From Nitrospira sp. (GTDB taxonomy: Bacteria; Nitrospirota; Nitrospiria; Nitrospirales; Nitrospiraceae): DNA of 64,000 nt. Each line of letters opens with the position of its first letter. Position 1 is the first letter of the stretch. The translations under genes and the position numbers were made by a program. Positions 47,886-57,508 of the stretch are shown in pieces. The notes beneath the pieces were generated by a model. That model did not search any database and was not told the origin of the DNA. It was given only the letters and a program-made list of their open reading frames with translations. Where the stretch lies: NCBI GenBank assembly GCA_047150005.1, contig AP038806.1, forward strand, positions 1,760,001 through 1,824,000, in the 5' to 3' direction.

Positions 47886-49013
47886 GTGGCGCGATCTCAC
47901 ATGACGGTTCGCGAAAAAATCGGCCAGCTGTTCATGATCGGTTTCATGGGTACGTCCGTGACACCCGAACTCGCGGGCTTTCTGAAAACCTACAAGCCCG
48001 GCGGTGTCATTCTCTTCTCGCGAAATCTGGAGTCCGTCGGCCAGATCGTGGAATTGACCAACGATCTGCAGCAATGCAACCCGAAGTCGCCCCTCATGAT
48101 CTCGATCGACCAGGAAGGCGGCCGCGTCTCGCGATTGCCGGCCGGCTTCACGATTTTTCCTCCTTGCGAGGTGCTGGGCCGGTGCAACTCCGCCGAGTTG
48201 ACCTATGCGGCTGCCGCAACCATCGCGAAAGAGCTGCGGGCCGTCGGAATCAACATGAACATGGCCCCCGTGCTTGATGTGAACAGTAACCCGAACAATC
48301 CGATCATCGGCGACCGAGCGTTCGGGGCGACACCAAACCTCGTCAGCGAGTCGGGCATTCTCACGGCCGCCGGGCTGCAGGACAACCTGGTGGTGGCCTG
48401 CGGAAAGCACTTCCCAGGTCATGGCGATACCGCGACAGATTCCCATAAGGAGCTTCCAGTGGTGGATGCCTCTCGGGAACGGCTCGACACGGTGGAGTTA
48501 GTGCCGTTTCGGCGTGCGGCCGCCACTGGTGTGGCCGCGATGATGACCGCGCACGTGCTCTACAAGGCGCTGGACCCGCAGCGTCCCGCGACGCTGTCTC
48601 CGTTCATCGTCACGCATCTGCTGCGCGATCAATTTGGATATGACGGCGTCGTGCTCACAGACGATCTGGAAATGCACGCGATCGTCGACCACTATGGAAT
48701 CGCCGATGCCGCCGTCCGCGCCATCCAGGCGGGGTGCGACGTGCTCTTGATCTGCAGAGATCGGGAGCGTGAAGTGGAGGCATTTGAGGCGATCGAGCAG
48801 TCTGTGGCGGCCGGCGACATCACGATGGATCGTCTGGATCAGTCCGTGGCGAGAATTCAGCGGTTGAAGCAGCGCTATGTGCTCCCCTACAGGCCGGCCT
48901 CGATCTCCGACGCACGGCTCGTCGCCGGTTGCCGGACTCACCAGGCGCTCTTGCAGAGCGTGTATCAGGCGGGGGCCAGAATGGCCAAAGCGTCGATTCC
49001 GCAGACTCTTTAA
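47886..49013 (+). CDS. nagZ: beta-N-acetylhexosaminidase (GH3)
   Basis: IDQEGGRVSR, APVLDV, KHFPGHG...DSH, TDDLEM. Confidence 0.94.
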   Translation: MARSHMTVREKIGQLFMIGFMGTSVTPELAGFLKTYKPGGVILFSRNLESVGQIVELTNDLQQCNPKSPLMISIDQEGGRVSRLPAGFTIFPPCEVLGRCNSAELTYAAAATIAKELRAVGINMNMAPVLDVNSNPNNPIIGDRAFGATPNLVSESGILTAAGLQDNLVVACGKHFPGHGDTATDSHKELPVVDASRERLDTVELVPFRRAAATGVAAMMTAHVLYKALDPQRPATLSPFIVTHLLRDQFGYDGVVLTDDLEMHAIVDHYGIADAAVRAIQAGCDVLLICRDREREVEAFEAIEQSVAAGDITMDRLDQSVARIQRLKQRYVLPYRPASISDARLVAGCRTHQALLQSVYQAGARMAKASIPQTL

Positions 49014-49040
49014 CGATAATCGTATTATGAAGGAGATCCC

Positions 49041-49445
49041 GTGCCGCTGAAAAAAGGCGACCTGATTGATGAGCGAAAACGCCATCCTGACTCGTGCGGG
49101 TTGGTGGTCAAGGTAATGGGGGGAGGAGCGGGCTTCGAAAAGATCATGTGTTGTGACCATGAATTAACGGATGAGGATGTTGTTCCCGAAATCCGCCCAT
49201 CCGGCGGTCGGAAAAAGGGCGCTCTGCCGCTGGCGGTGGTTCTCGATGAAAAGAAGTTCTACCCTGATTCCTGCGGGCTGCGGGTCATGATCATGGACGG
49301 GGGTGCCGGCTTCAAGGAGATCCGCTGTTGCGGTCACTCGCTCACCGTGAGTTCGATGCGGGAGCTCAAGTACGGAGCATTGCGGGGAGCAGATCCAGAG
49401 GGGGGACCGGACGCTCAACCGAATGCGCCGGCTGGAACCGCATGA
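49041..49445 (+). CDS. protein with two tandem desulforedoxin-like metal-binding repeats
   Basis: PDSCGLVVKVMGGGAGFEKIMCC and PDSCGLRVMIMDGGAGFKEIRCC; AAGGAG RBS before GTG. Confidence 0.7.
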   Translation: MPLKKGDLIDERKRHPDSCGLVVKVMGGGAGFEKIMCCDHELTDEDVVPEIRPSGGRKKGALPLAVVLDEKKFYPDSCGLRVMIMDGGAGFKEIRCCGHSLTVSSMRELKYGALRGADPEGGPDAQPNAPAGTA

Positions 49446-49468
49446 TCCGGACGAAGTAAGAGGATTCC

Positions 49469-49945
49469 ATGCAGGATCGCAAAGCAGTCATGAATCGCTG
49501 GTGTGGGGTGATGGAATGGCTCGACCGGCTCGGTTACATGACGGCCGGATTCAGTCTGTTGGTGCTGGGCATGCTCTTGTTCGCCCATGCCTGGTACGTC
49601 TTCGCCACCAGGGCCGGTCAGATCGGGATCTTGCCGTCCGGTCTCAAACTGTTGAACGATATCCTGCTCGTGATCATTTTGCTCGAGTTGTTTCGCACGG
49701 TGATCCGCTTCCTCCAGACCGAGGTGCTCGATCTGGAGCCCTATCTGGCCGTCGGCATCATCGCCTGCACGCGACGTGTGTTGACCGCCAGCGCAGAGCT
49801 GTCCCATCTCCCGTCGATGAATGAAAATCAATTTTACCAATACCTCATGGACGTGGGGCTAAACGTGATGGTGATCATGGTCCTGGTCGTCGGGGTCTTC
49901 TTGGTTCGAAAACGTCCGACCCCGTACTCTGTTCCCGTCCCATAA
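49469..49945 (+). CDS. phosphate-starvation-inducible PsiE-family membrane protein
   Basis: LLVIILLELFRTV...EPYLAVGIIACTRRVL. Confidence 0.8.
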   Translation: MQDRKAVMNRWCGVMEWLDRLGYMTAGFSLLVLGMLLFAHAWYVFATRAGQIGILPSGLKLLNDILLVIILLELFRTVIRFLQTEVLDLEPYLAVGIIACTRRVLTASAELSHLPSMNENQFYQYLMDVGLNVMVIMVLVVGVFLVRKRPTPYSVPVP

Positions 49946-50197
49946 TCTCCACGGCAAACCGATCGCTCGATAGACACCCGTATCGGTTCTGCAGAAAATA
50001 CCGCCGGCTGCTCGGCTGCGCTCGCTCGGAAGAACCTCGTTGTATCGCGCTGCTGGAAAAAACCAACGGGCATCACGTAGGGGGTAGCTGAGGGTCACAC
50101 TTCGGCCGCCTGAGTCATCGTGGGGAAAGCACGCCGGTCGCCCGGCCTTGCCTGGCTCTCGGCTCTTATGGCATCATGCCGCTTCTCTGGAGTCGGC

Positions 50198-50605
50198 ATG
50201 GCCAATCTGATCGAATACGTCGGCTGCGTGCACATATTCCTGGGGCCGTATCGCGGAAACCCGATCGCGCTATACCTGAGAAGGACGGACAACCAATGTC
50301 AGATTGGTCCGAAGGTCTATCCTTGGAACCAGGTGGTGGGGACCGGAGAGACTCCCAACAAGGCTGCCGCGGATTTCGAGAACAAGTGGAAAGCCAATGG
50401 ACTGTCGGCCGACATGTACTCCGGGCCGTCATGGGACGGTGGAATCAAGCCGGAGAAGCCTGCGCCTCCCAAGCAGCCCGCTCCTCCCAAACCTGCCGCT
50501 CCGCCTGCGGCGGCTCCAACAGCGTCCCCTGCTGCTCCGGCGGCCGCGCCCCAGCCTCCTGCACCGGTTTCTTCTGCCGAGCCCGAAGGCGGTCCGGCTG
50601 CCTGA
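50198..50605 (+). CDS. hypothetical protein with Pro/Ala-rich tail
   Basis: GGAG RBS before ATG 50198; globular ~90 aa followed by a low-complexity P/A tail. Confidence 0.7.
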   Translation: MANLIEYVGCVHIFLGPYRGNPIALYLRRTDNQCQIGPKVYPWNQVVGTGETPNKAAADFENKWKANGLSADMYSGPSWDGGIKPEKPAPPKQPAPPKPAAPPAAAPTASPAAPAAAPQPPAPVSSAEPEGGPAA

Positions 50606-52057
50606 TCATGGTTGCTTCTCAGGGCAGATGAGCTGCGTGGTCGGTTCGAGCCCCGCCAGTCTACTCTGTTTGAACCCGTATCCGAGATAGACCAGAATAC
50701 CGATCACCGTCCAGACGCTGAAGCGGATCCATGTCAATCCGGGCAACTGCCACATCAGCCCGAGACAGGCCATTGTGGCGAGTACCGGGATGATGGGCAT
50801 GAACGGAAGCCTAAACGGTCTGGGATAGTCCGGGTTGGTATAGCGCAGCACGATGACGCCGACGCAAACGAGGACGAACGCGAAGAACGTTCCGATATTG
50901 GTCATATCCGCGGCTTCTCCGATGGGAATCAACGCCGATAGGACTGCCACGGCGATGCCGGTCAGGATCGTGGCTCTATGCGGTGTGCCGAAGCGAGGAT
51001 GGACGGCGGACAGCCACGGACCGAGCAGTCGATCGCGCGACATGGCGAAGAATACGCGGATCTGTCCGAGCATCATGACGACGAGGACGCTGGTGATGCC
51101 GGCCACGGCGCCGATCGCCACGACCGCGGCTCCCCACTTGAATCCAACGAGCTGCAACGCCTCCGCCACCGGAGCGTGGATGTCGATCCGGCTCGCCGGG
51201 ACCAGCCCGGTGAGCACCGTCGCCACCGCGATATAGAGGATCGTACAGACGGCCAGCGATCCGATAATCCCGATTGGGACGTCGCGCTTGGGGTTCTTGG
51301 CCTCCTCAGCCGCCGTCGAAACGGCGTCGAATCCGATGTACGCGAAGAAGACGATGGCGGCGGCCGCTCCCACACCGGCAAATCCCTGCGGCATGAACGG
51401 AGACCAATTGCTGGGATTCAACGAGGTGCTCCCGATCCCGATGAAGAACAGGATGACGGCCAGTTTAATCACGACGACAATGCCGGTCATTCGCGCGCTT
51501 TCCTTGATGCCGACGACGAGGACGACGGTCACAAGGAGCACGATGATGGCAGCGGGAAGGTTGGCGACCCCCCCCTCGGAACCACCAGGCGGATGGGTCG
51601 CCCAATGGGGAAGTTCAATGCCGGCCAGCCGGAGCAGATTGTTGAAATAGCCAGACCAACCGATGGCGACCGCCACGCAGGCGACCCCATACTCGAGGAT
51701 CAGATTCCATCCCGTCAGCCAGGCGAGCATTTCTCCGAGCGTCGCATACGAGAACGTATAGGCGCTCCCGGCTACGGGAATCATGGCGGACATTTCGGCA
51801 TAGCACAGGGCGGCCAGCGCACAGGTCAGTCCGGATAGGATGAAGGAGAGGATGATCCCCGGTCCCGCTCCAGGACGGTGGGTATCACCGACGATCGCGG
51901 TTCCGATCAGGACGAAGATGCCGGTTCCGATGATGGCCCCGATGCCCAGGCAGGTGAGGTCCCAGGCTGTCAAGGTTTTCTTCAGTCGATGGGTAGGATG
52001 ATCGGCGTCCGCCAGAATCTGTTCAATCGGCTTGGTCCGAAATAGGCTGCGTATCAC
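50606..52057 (-). CDS. APC-family amino acid permease
   Basis: GIGAIIGTGIF, CYAE...IPVAGSAY, FFAYIGFD, AEEAKNP, MSRD. Confidence 0.95.
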   Translation of the reverse strand: MIRSLFRTKPIEQILADADHPTHRLKKTLTAWDLTCLGIGAIIGTGIFVLIGTAIVGDTHRPGAGPGIILSFILSGLTCALAALCYAEMSAMIPVAGSAYTFSYATLGEMLAWLTGWNLILEYGVACVAVAIGWSGYFNNLLRLAGIELPHWATHPPGGSEGGVANLPAAIIVLLVTVVLVVGIKESARMTGIVVVIKLAVILFFIGIGSTSLNPSNWSPFMPQGFAGVGAAAAIVFFAYIGFDAVSTAAEEAKNPKRDVPIGIIGSLAVCTILYIAVATVLTGLVPASRIDIHAPVAEALQLVGFKWGAAVVAIGAVAGITSVLVVMMLGQIRVFFAMSRDRLLGPWLSAVHPRFGTPHRATILTGIAVAVLSALIPIGEAADMTNIGTFFAFVLVCVGVIVLRYTNPDYPRPFRLPFMPIIPVLATMACLGLMWQLPGLTWIRFSVWTVIGILVYLGYGFKQSRLAGLEPTTQLICPEKQP

Positions 52058-52168
52058 GGGTGCTTTCTTGTGCGCGGGAGGGACAACCGGGGGGCGTCAA
52101 TCACCTGATCGTGCACGTCAGGCCAAGTATAGCAGGTATCTCCACATTTGCTGTGGTCCAACCGGGAG

Positions 52169-52915
52169 TCACCGCGCGATCGGGTGCCGTTGCGCGGCGC
52201 GCAAGAACGCCTCAAACAGTCGCCGATGGGGGCGATGCCGATCGAAGAGAAACTCCGGGTGCCACTGCACTCCGAGAAAAAAATGGTGCTTCCGTGACTC
52301 GATGGCTTCGACGATCCCGTCGGGAGCCACGGCGCTCGCCACGAGCGAGGGTGCCACATCTTTTACCGACTGATGGTGCGAGCTGTTGACACGCACGGTG
52401 GCTGTGCGAAGGACTCGTCGAAGGAGGCTGTGTTGGGTGACGCGTATCACATGGCTCAGGCGGGTGGCGCGTGCCGCTTGGCGATGTTTGAGGGTCGTGT
52501 CCACCTGAGAGGCAATGTCTTGGAAGAGGCTGCCCCCCAAGGCGACGTTCATGGTCTGCATCCCTCCGCAGATGCCCAAGACCGGCAGGTCGGCGGCTTG
52601 GGCTATCCGGATCATGTGAAGTTCAAACGCCGAGCGTCGCTGGCTTACGAGTTCGAATGTGTATCGCTGGCGTTCCCCGTACAGTTCGGGCGGGAGATCC
52701 GGACCGCTGCCGGTCAGGAGTAATCCGTGAATACTGGTGAGCAATCGGCGGCGGGCCTCGCGGTCCGATGCGAGGGGAAGCACGATGGGAATCCCACCGA
52801 GTTCTTCGATGGCGCGAAGATAGCGGGCGCGCAAAAAATACGTGGGCTCCTTGCCGCCCCATTCCTTTCGATCACCGGCGTTGAAATCCGGGGTCACGCC
52901 GATGAGCGGTTTCAT
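52169..52915 (-). CDS. gamma-glutamyl-gamma-aminobutyrate hydrolase (PuuD/peptidase C26 family)
   Basis: LGICGGMQ, VNSSHHQ, GVQWHPE. Confidence 0.9.
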   Translation of the reverse strand: MKPLIGVTPDFNAGDRKEWGGKEPTYFLRARYLRAIEELGGIPIVLPLASDREARRRLLTSIHGLLLTGSGPDLPPELYGERQRYTFELVSQRRSAFELHMIRIAQAADLPVLGICGGMQTMNVALGGSLFQDIASQVDTTLKHRQAARATRLSHVIRVTQHSLLRRVLRTATVRVNSSHHQSVKDVAPSLVASAVAPDGIVEAIESRKHHFFLGVQWHPEFLFDRHRPHRRLFEAFLRAAQRHPIAR

Positions 52916-52918
52916 CGG

Positions 52919-53383
52919 TCAGCGTACCGGCTCGACTGCCGGGGCTGAGTCCATTGCCGGGGCGGTCGTTTGTGTTGACGCATCGCCGGTATCGGCCACG
53001 CCGAGGAAGCGGATCGGCTTGTCACCCCGGAGATGTTCCGGCGTGATGACGTAGGTGCCGTACATGCTGGTCGTCCAAATGCTCTTCGCCGCATGCTCGT
53101 TCCCCCCGGAGAACACGTAGGCGAGACCTCCGACCAAGCCACCTCCGATGGCGAAGGCGGTCTTCACAGGCAGGTAAAGAATTGTGCTCAAACCGGAGAG
53201 CACTCCTATGCCGGCGCTCGACGCGTTCCCGCCTTCGGATGATGGAGCAGGTGGTGCGGATTCTTGACTCCAAGCGGGCGATACGACGGCGACCGTCCAG
53301 AACGCCAGCACCATCGTCAGGGCAATGATCTTAAATCTTGAGGATACGGGCAGACCTATCAATGAAGACGAATAGCGGTTCAC
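52919..53383 (-). CDS. hypothetical exported/membrane protein
   Basis: GAAGGAGG RBS before GTG 53383; signal peptide; YLPVKTAFAIGGG hydrophobic core. Confidence 0.7.
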   Translation of the reverse strand: MNRYSSSLIGLPVSSRFKIIALTMVLAFWTVAVVSPAWSQESAPPAPSSEGGNASSAGIGVLSGLSTILYLPVKTAFAIGGGLVGGLAYVFSGGNEHAAKSIWTTSMYGTYVITPEHLRGDKPIRFLGVADTGDASTQTTAPAMDSAPAVEPVR

Positions 53384-53518
53384 GGAAGGCCCTCCTTCTT
53401 CAACTGGATAATATGAACTGCGGCGGTGGCACCTGAGGGCCATCCACATGCATGTCCCTGTCGGTTATAACAAATTCACCTGTGAATGCAACCCCCCTGC
53501 CTCTTGGAGATAGGTATC

Positions 53519-53983
53519 TCAGCTTTGAGTCGGATCTACGGGCTGGAGGTCCATTTCGGCCGCGACGTAGGATCGGATGAAGTCGGTACGCCGAATCAGA
53601 TCGGCTTGCGTTTCGACGTCCCATGCGTCGGCCGTAAGACGCTGGTTCTCCTGGGCGATGCCGGCCTGCAACAGCCGGTCGAGCCGGCAGCGGCAGAGAG
53701 CTTGGACGAACAGTTCGGCGGCCCGTGCTTCCTGTGATGCACGATCGTCCAATGCCGTGTCGGCCAAGGTTTCGCTGAGCCACCGAGAAAAGTGTGTAGC
53801 GGTGCGGCTTGCCTGGATTTGAGCCTCGGTAATCTCCACGAGCACCTGGATGCCCCCCTTCCAACTGCGCTTCTTGACGTTGAACACGCAGGCATGGGTG
53901 GAAGGCTTCGCCTCCACCGCCTCCGGTCCGAAGAACAATGTGATTCGGTATTGAACTGATTCGATACAGGGATCCGTCGGCAT
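53519..53983 (-). CDS. hypothetical protein
   Basis: Fills the intergenic gap; FNVKKRSWKGG segment; -10 box just upstream. Confidence 0.65.
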   Translation of the reverse strand: MPTDPCIESVQYRITLFFGPEAVEAKPSTHACVFNVKKRSWKGGIQVLVEITEAQIQASRTATHFSRWLSETLADTALDDRASQEARAAELFVQALCRCRLDRLLQAGIAQENQRLTADAWDVETQADLIRRTDFIRSYVAAEMDLQPVDPTQS

Positions 53984-54054
53984 GAGGGATATTGTAGCAT
54001 GCCGTAATGGTCGACCGTCACTTTCGTTGACGACTCCGCCGGCCCGACGATAAG

Positions 54055-55266
54055 ATGCGCCTCGTGACCGATCAGCCTCATCTGGACCGTGTGCGAGCCG
54101 TTCAACTGGCCTTGAAAGAGGCCGGAACCGTCGACGGCTGGCTGTTCTACGACTTTCGAGGGAGCGATCCGCTGAGCTACCGCATCCTGCTGCTTGACGC
54201 CGGCATGCACGTCACCAGGCGGTGGTATTACTGGATTCCGACCGAAGGAACCCCGCAAAAGCTCTTGCACCGCATCGAGCCGTACGTGCTGGATCCGTTG
54301 CCCGGCGAGTCCCACCTCTACGTGTCTTGGGCTCAGCAGCGTGAGTTACTCGCGCGGATATTGGAGGGGCGGTGCCGAGTCCTGATGCAGTATTCTCCCA
54401 TGAACGCCGTGCCATATGTGTCGCGGGTCGATGCGGGAACCGTCGAACTCGTCGAGAGCCTCGGGGTCGATGTCGTCAGTTCGGGCGATCTGATTCAAAT
54501 ATTTGAAGCGGTCTGGACAGATGCACAACTGGAGTCTCACCAGTATGCGGCCCTGGCGCTCAGACGGATCGTGGACGAAGCCTTTGCGCATGTCGGAGAA
54601 ATGGTGGGCGGCGGACGGGTCCTGACAGAGTACGGCTTGCAGCAATTCATTCTCGGTCGGATCCGGGACGCAGGGATGACGACTTCGAGTGCGCCGATTG
54701 CCGCCGTCAGCGCGCACAGTGCTGATCCGCATTACGGACCCTCGCCGTCCGGATCCGCCGACATCAGGCGGGATGATCTGGTTCTGATCGATCTCTGGGC
54801 CAAACGCGCCAGGGTCGGTTCGGTCTACGCGGATATCACATGGACCGCGTTTGCCGGACGGACCGTTCCCGATAAGCACCGCGCTGTATTCAATCTCGTC
54901 AAGAAGGGCCGAGACGCCGCATTGAATTTTGTGTGTGCGCAACTGGCGGCCGGAGTTCGTCCATTCGGATGGGAGGTCGATAATGCCTGCCGCCGCGTCA
55001 TTGAGGCGGGCGGCTACGGCTCCCAGTTCCTTCACCGGACGGGCCATTCGATCGGCGAGGAGGTGCACGGCAACGGCGCCAATATCGACGGCCTTGAGAC
55101 GCAGGAGACGCGAAGACTCATCCCGCGCACGTGTTTTTCCATCGAGCCTGGGATCTATCTGCCGGGCGAATTCGGCATCAGGAGCGAACTCGATGTCTAT
55201 CTGTCCGAGAGCACCGCGCTGGTCTTCGGACTTCCGCTTCAGGAAGAGTTGTCACCGCTGTTGTGA
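54055..55266 (+). CDS. M24-family (Xaa-Pro) metallopeptidase
   Basis: DPHY, LIDLW, YADITW, HRTGHSIG..VHG, FSIEPGIY, GIRSE; start may be GTG 54064. Confidence 0.9.
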   Translation: MRLVTDQPHLDRVRAVQLALKEAGTVDGWLFYDFRGSDPLSYRILLLDAGMHVTRRWYYWIPTEGTPQKLLHRIEPYVLDPLPGESHLYVSWAQQRELLARILEGRCRVLMQYSPMNAVPYVSRVDAGTVELVESLGVDVVSSGDLIQIFEAVWTDAQLESHQYAALALRRIVDEAFAHVGEMVGGGRVLTEYGLQQFILGRIRDAGMTTSSAPIAAVSAHSADPHYGPSPSGSADIRRDDLVLIDLWAKRARVGSVYADITWTAFAGRTVPDKHRAVFNLVKKGRDAALNFVCAQLAAGVRPFGWEVDNACRRVIEAGGYGSQFLHRTGHSIGEEVHGNGANIDGLETQETRRLIPRTCFSIEPGIYLPGEFGIRSELDVYLSESTALVFGLPLQEELSPLL

Positions 55267-55367
55267 CGGGTCTTCACTCGGACCGCTTCCTTGACAGCAG
55301 ATCCAGCCGGCCTATACAGTGAACGTCTGCGAGATCGCCTCCTTCGCGCAAGACAAAGGACGACGCC

Positions 55368-56162
55368 ATGTTCGGCACCATGGGCATATCGGAATTGATC
55401 ATCATCCTGGCCATCGTGCTCATCATCTTTGGAGCGGGTAAGCTTCCTCAAATCGGGGAAGGCGTCGGCAAGGCACTCAAGGGATTTAAGAAAGAGGTCC
55501 ACGACATTCCTCCTCCGGAAGCGACGCAATCCGACCAGGCCGCTCCGCCCCCGGGTCAGGCGGAGGTCCATCGGATGCAATCTTCCGCGAGTCCCCGAGC
55601 GGCCTCTCCTCAGCCGAAGCCTACGGCACCCTACACGCCCGGTCCCGAATTGACCCCCGGCACCACTGCGGCTGCGATGTACAACATGGGGCCGCAGGTC
55701 CACTCAGCCGCCCCCAAGGCTCCCGCTTCGGCGCCTGCCACAGACGTGGGTCAGCGCCCCCCTACCATGGAAGAACGGGCCGCGGCACCCGCACCCATGA
55801 TACGGACGCAATACCCGCCTCTTCCCCAGAACGCGCAGCAGAAGCCTGTGACGACCAAGCGGCCGTCGGCTGTCGTGAACAAAGACGCGGTGGCCCGAGT
55901 CCAGGCGCAGCAGGCGGCGATGAAGACGAAGGCAACGCAACCGGCCGGCGTCTCGCCGGCGGATATGCAGAGCCTGGGTGAAGGCTTGGGGGATGCCTTG
56001 CGGACGTTCAAACAAGCTGTGGCGGATGTACGCAATTCTGTTGACCCCGAGATGCGGACCATTCAAGCCGAGATGGACGCAGCCCAGAAAGAATTGCAAC
56101 AATCGATCGAAGCCGCCAAGGAACTCCCTGCAGTTCAGGAAGATCCCCCCAAACCAGCGTGA
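55368..56162 (+). CDS. tatA: TatA/E-family translocase subunit with long C-terminal extension
   Basis: MGISELIIILAIVLIIFGAGKLPQIGEGVGKALKGFKK. Confidence 0.85.
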   Translation: MFGTMGISELIIILAIVLIIFGAGKLPQIGEGVGKALKGFKKEVHDIPPPEATQSDQAAPPPGQAEVHRMQSSASPRAASPQPKPTAPYTPGPELTPGTTAAAMYNMGPQVHSAAPKAPASAPATDVGQRPPTMEERAAAPAPMIRTQYPPLPQNAQQKPVTTKRPSAVVNKDAVARVQAQQAAMKTKATQPAGVSPADMQSLGEGLGDALRTFKQAVADVRNSVDPEMRTIQAEMDAAQKELQQSIEAAKELPAVQEDPPKPA

Positions 56163-56950
56163 TGCAATCGGCGGGCAAGGACCGCGAACGGGGATGTATT
56201 ACAGCATACCGCCGCACCCTGCCTGTGTTGATTGCAATGGGTTTCTTGTGGTCCCCCGGATGTGTTCGAGAAACCCCGTCGTCGCCGGATGAGGCCGTTA
56301 CCATCCTCCTGGCGCTTCTCCGTGATCACAGTGCGGATACCCGGGAGACGGCTGCAGAAGCCTTGGGAAAGATCGGAGACCAAACCGCCGCCCTGCCGGT
56401 GGCCGACCTTCTGAAGGACGAGTCCCCGGCCGTACGACGCGCCGCGGCCCGAGCACTCGGTCGGCTCGGAGCATCGTCCGGAAATGATGTGATGCCCCGG
56501 CTGGTCGGTGTCTTGAGCGATCCGCAAGAATCGGTACGACAGGCGGGGGTCTTGGCGATCGGCGAACTGGAACCACCGGCCGAGTCGCTCCGCTCCATCT
56601 CGAAACTGCTGGTTTCACCCGATATCGAGGCCAGGAGAGCGGCGATGTCGGCGCTGGTCGACATCGATGTCACGCCATGGCTCGGCATTCTCGAAACTGT
56701 GCTGCGGGATGATCCGGATCCTCGGGTACGTCAAAGAGCGGTCGCGGTTCTGGGGCAGATGAATACGCCGGCGGTGACGGCTCGGGTACGAGAACAGTTG
56801 GCAAGAGATCCCGATCCGGGCGTGCGCGCGGAAGCGGCTTATCGACTGCGAATGGCGGGGGATGAGGCCACGCGACGTGCGCTCGAACAAGCGGCGAGAA
56901 CGGATAAGAATCGGACTGTGCGTCGGTGGGCGGAACGCGAGCCTACGTAA
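56159..56950 (+). CDS. HEAT-repeat (lipo)protein
   Basis: Repeated L.D....VR.AAA.ALG; possible lipobox SPGC; GTGA overlap with tatA. Confidence 0.85.
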   Translation: MMQSAGKDRERGCITAYRRTLPVLIAMGFLWSPGCVRETPSSPDEAVTILLALLRDHSADTRETAAEALGKIGDQTAALPVADLLKDESPAVRRAAARALGRLGASSGNDVMPRLVGVLSDPQESVRQAGVLAIGELEPPAESLRSISKLLVSPDIEARRAAMSALVDIDVTPWLGILETVLRDDPDPRVRQRAVAVLGQMNTPAVTARVREQLARDPDPGVRAEAAYRLRMAGDEATRRALEQAARTDKNRTVRRWAEREPT

Positions 56951-57458
56951 CACGCGAGCGATTCAGGGCAGCCACCAATTCGACTAGCTCCTTCCGGGCC
57001 TGATCGTCGATATCGGTGAATTGAACCCCCATCCCCGGAAAAAGCAAGAAGCGCTCGGGTTTGTTCCTGGTCCAGGCGACTTTGGCTTTGGCCTTGTGCT
57101 TGGCCCAAGGGCGGTCCGGCAGGGTGAATTCGACGGCCAATTCGGTCCCCGGTGCCAGGGGCGTGCTGCTTTCAATAAACAACCCGCCGCCACCGATGCC
57201 GCCCGTCAGACTGTCGTATTGTTTTCCCTCCGGCGTCATATAGCGGACCTTGACGGCAAGCGGAGCCCGCGCGTGAGCGCGGGCATGAGCAAACCGATGG
57301 GCGTCGTTGGTGGCCACAACTCGTTCGATGATTTCCTGCCATGTCATGGTGCCGAATAGTTCACCATGCTTGTCATGCAGCGCAATCAGCTCTTGATTGG
57401 TGTCGATCTCGAGGGTTGTCCCATCATGCCCCGGCGTCATCGTGACCGGAAATTTCAT
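56943..57458 (-). CDS. PilZ-domain protein (paralog 2)
   Basis: RAHAR, GGGGLFIES, EFTLP, AKVAW, GMGVQF; ATG 57458. Confidence 0.85.
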   Translation of the reverse strand: MKFPVTMTPGHDGTTLEIDTNQELIALHDKHGELFGTMTWQEIIERVVATNDAHRFAHARAHARAPLAVKVRYMTPEGKQYDSLTGGIGGGGLFIESSTPLAPGTELAVEFTLPDRPWAKHKAKAKVAWTRNKPERFLLFPGMGVQFTDIDDQARKELVELVAALNRSRVT

Positions 57459-57508
57459 CGCTTCTGTCCTTCGGCTAGACAATCGCTGCGCGGCCGCTTC
57501 TGGGTCCA

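Noticed and set aside
49946..50197. Possible second palindromic element or sRNA
   Set aside because: Only short, weak stems and no convincing terminal inverted repeats.
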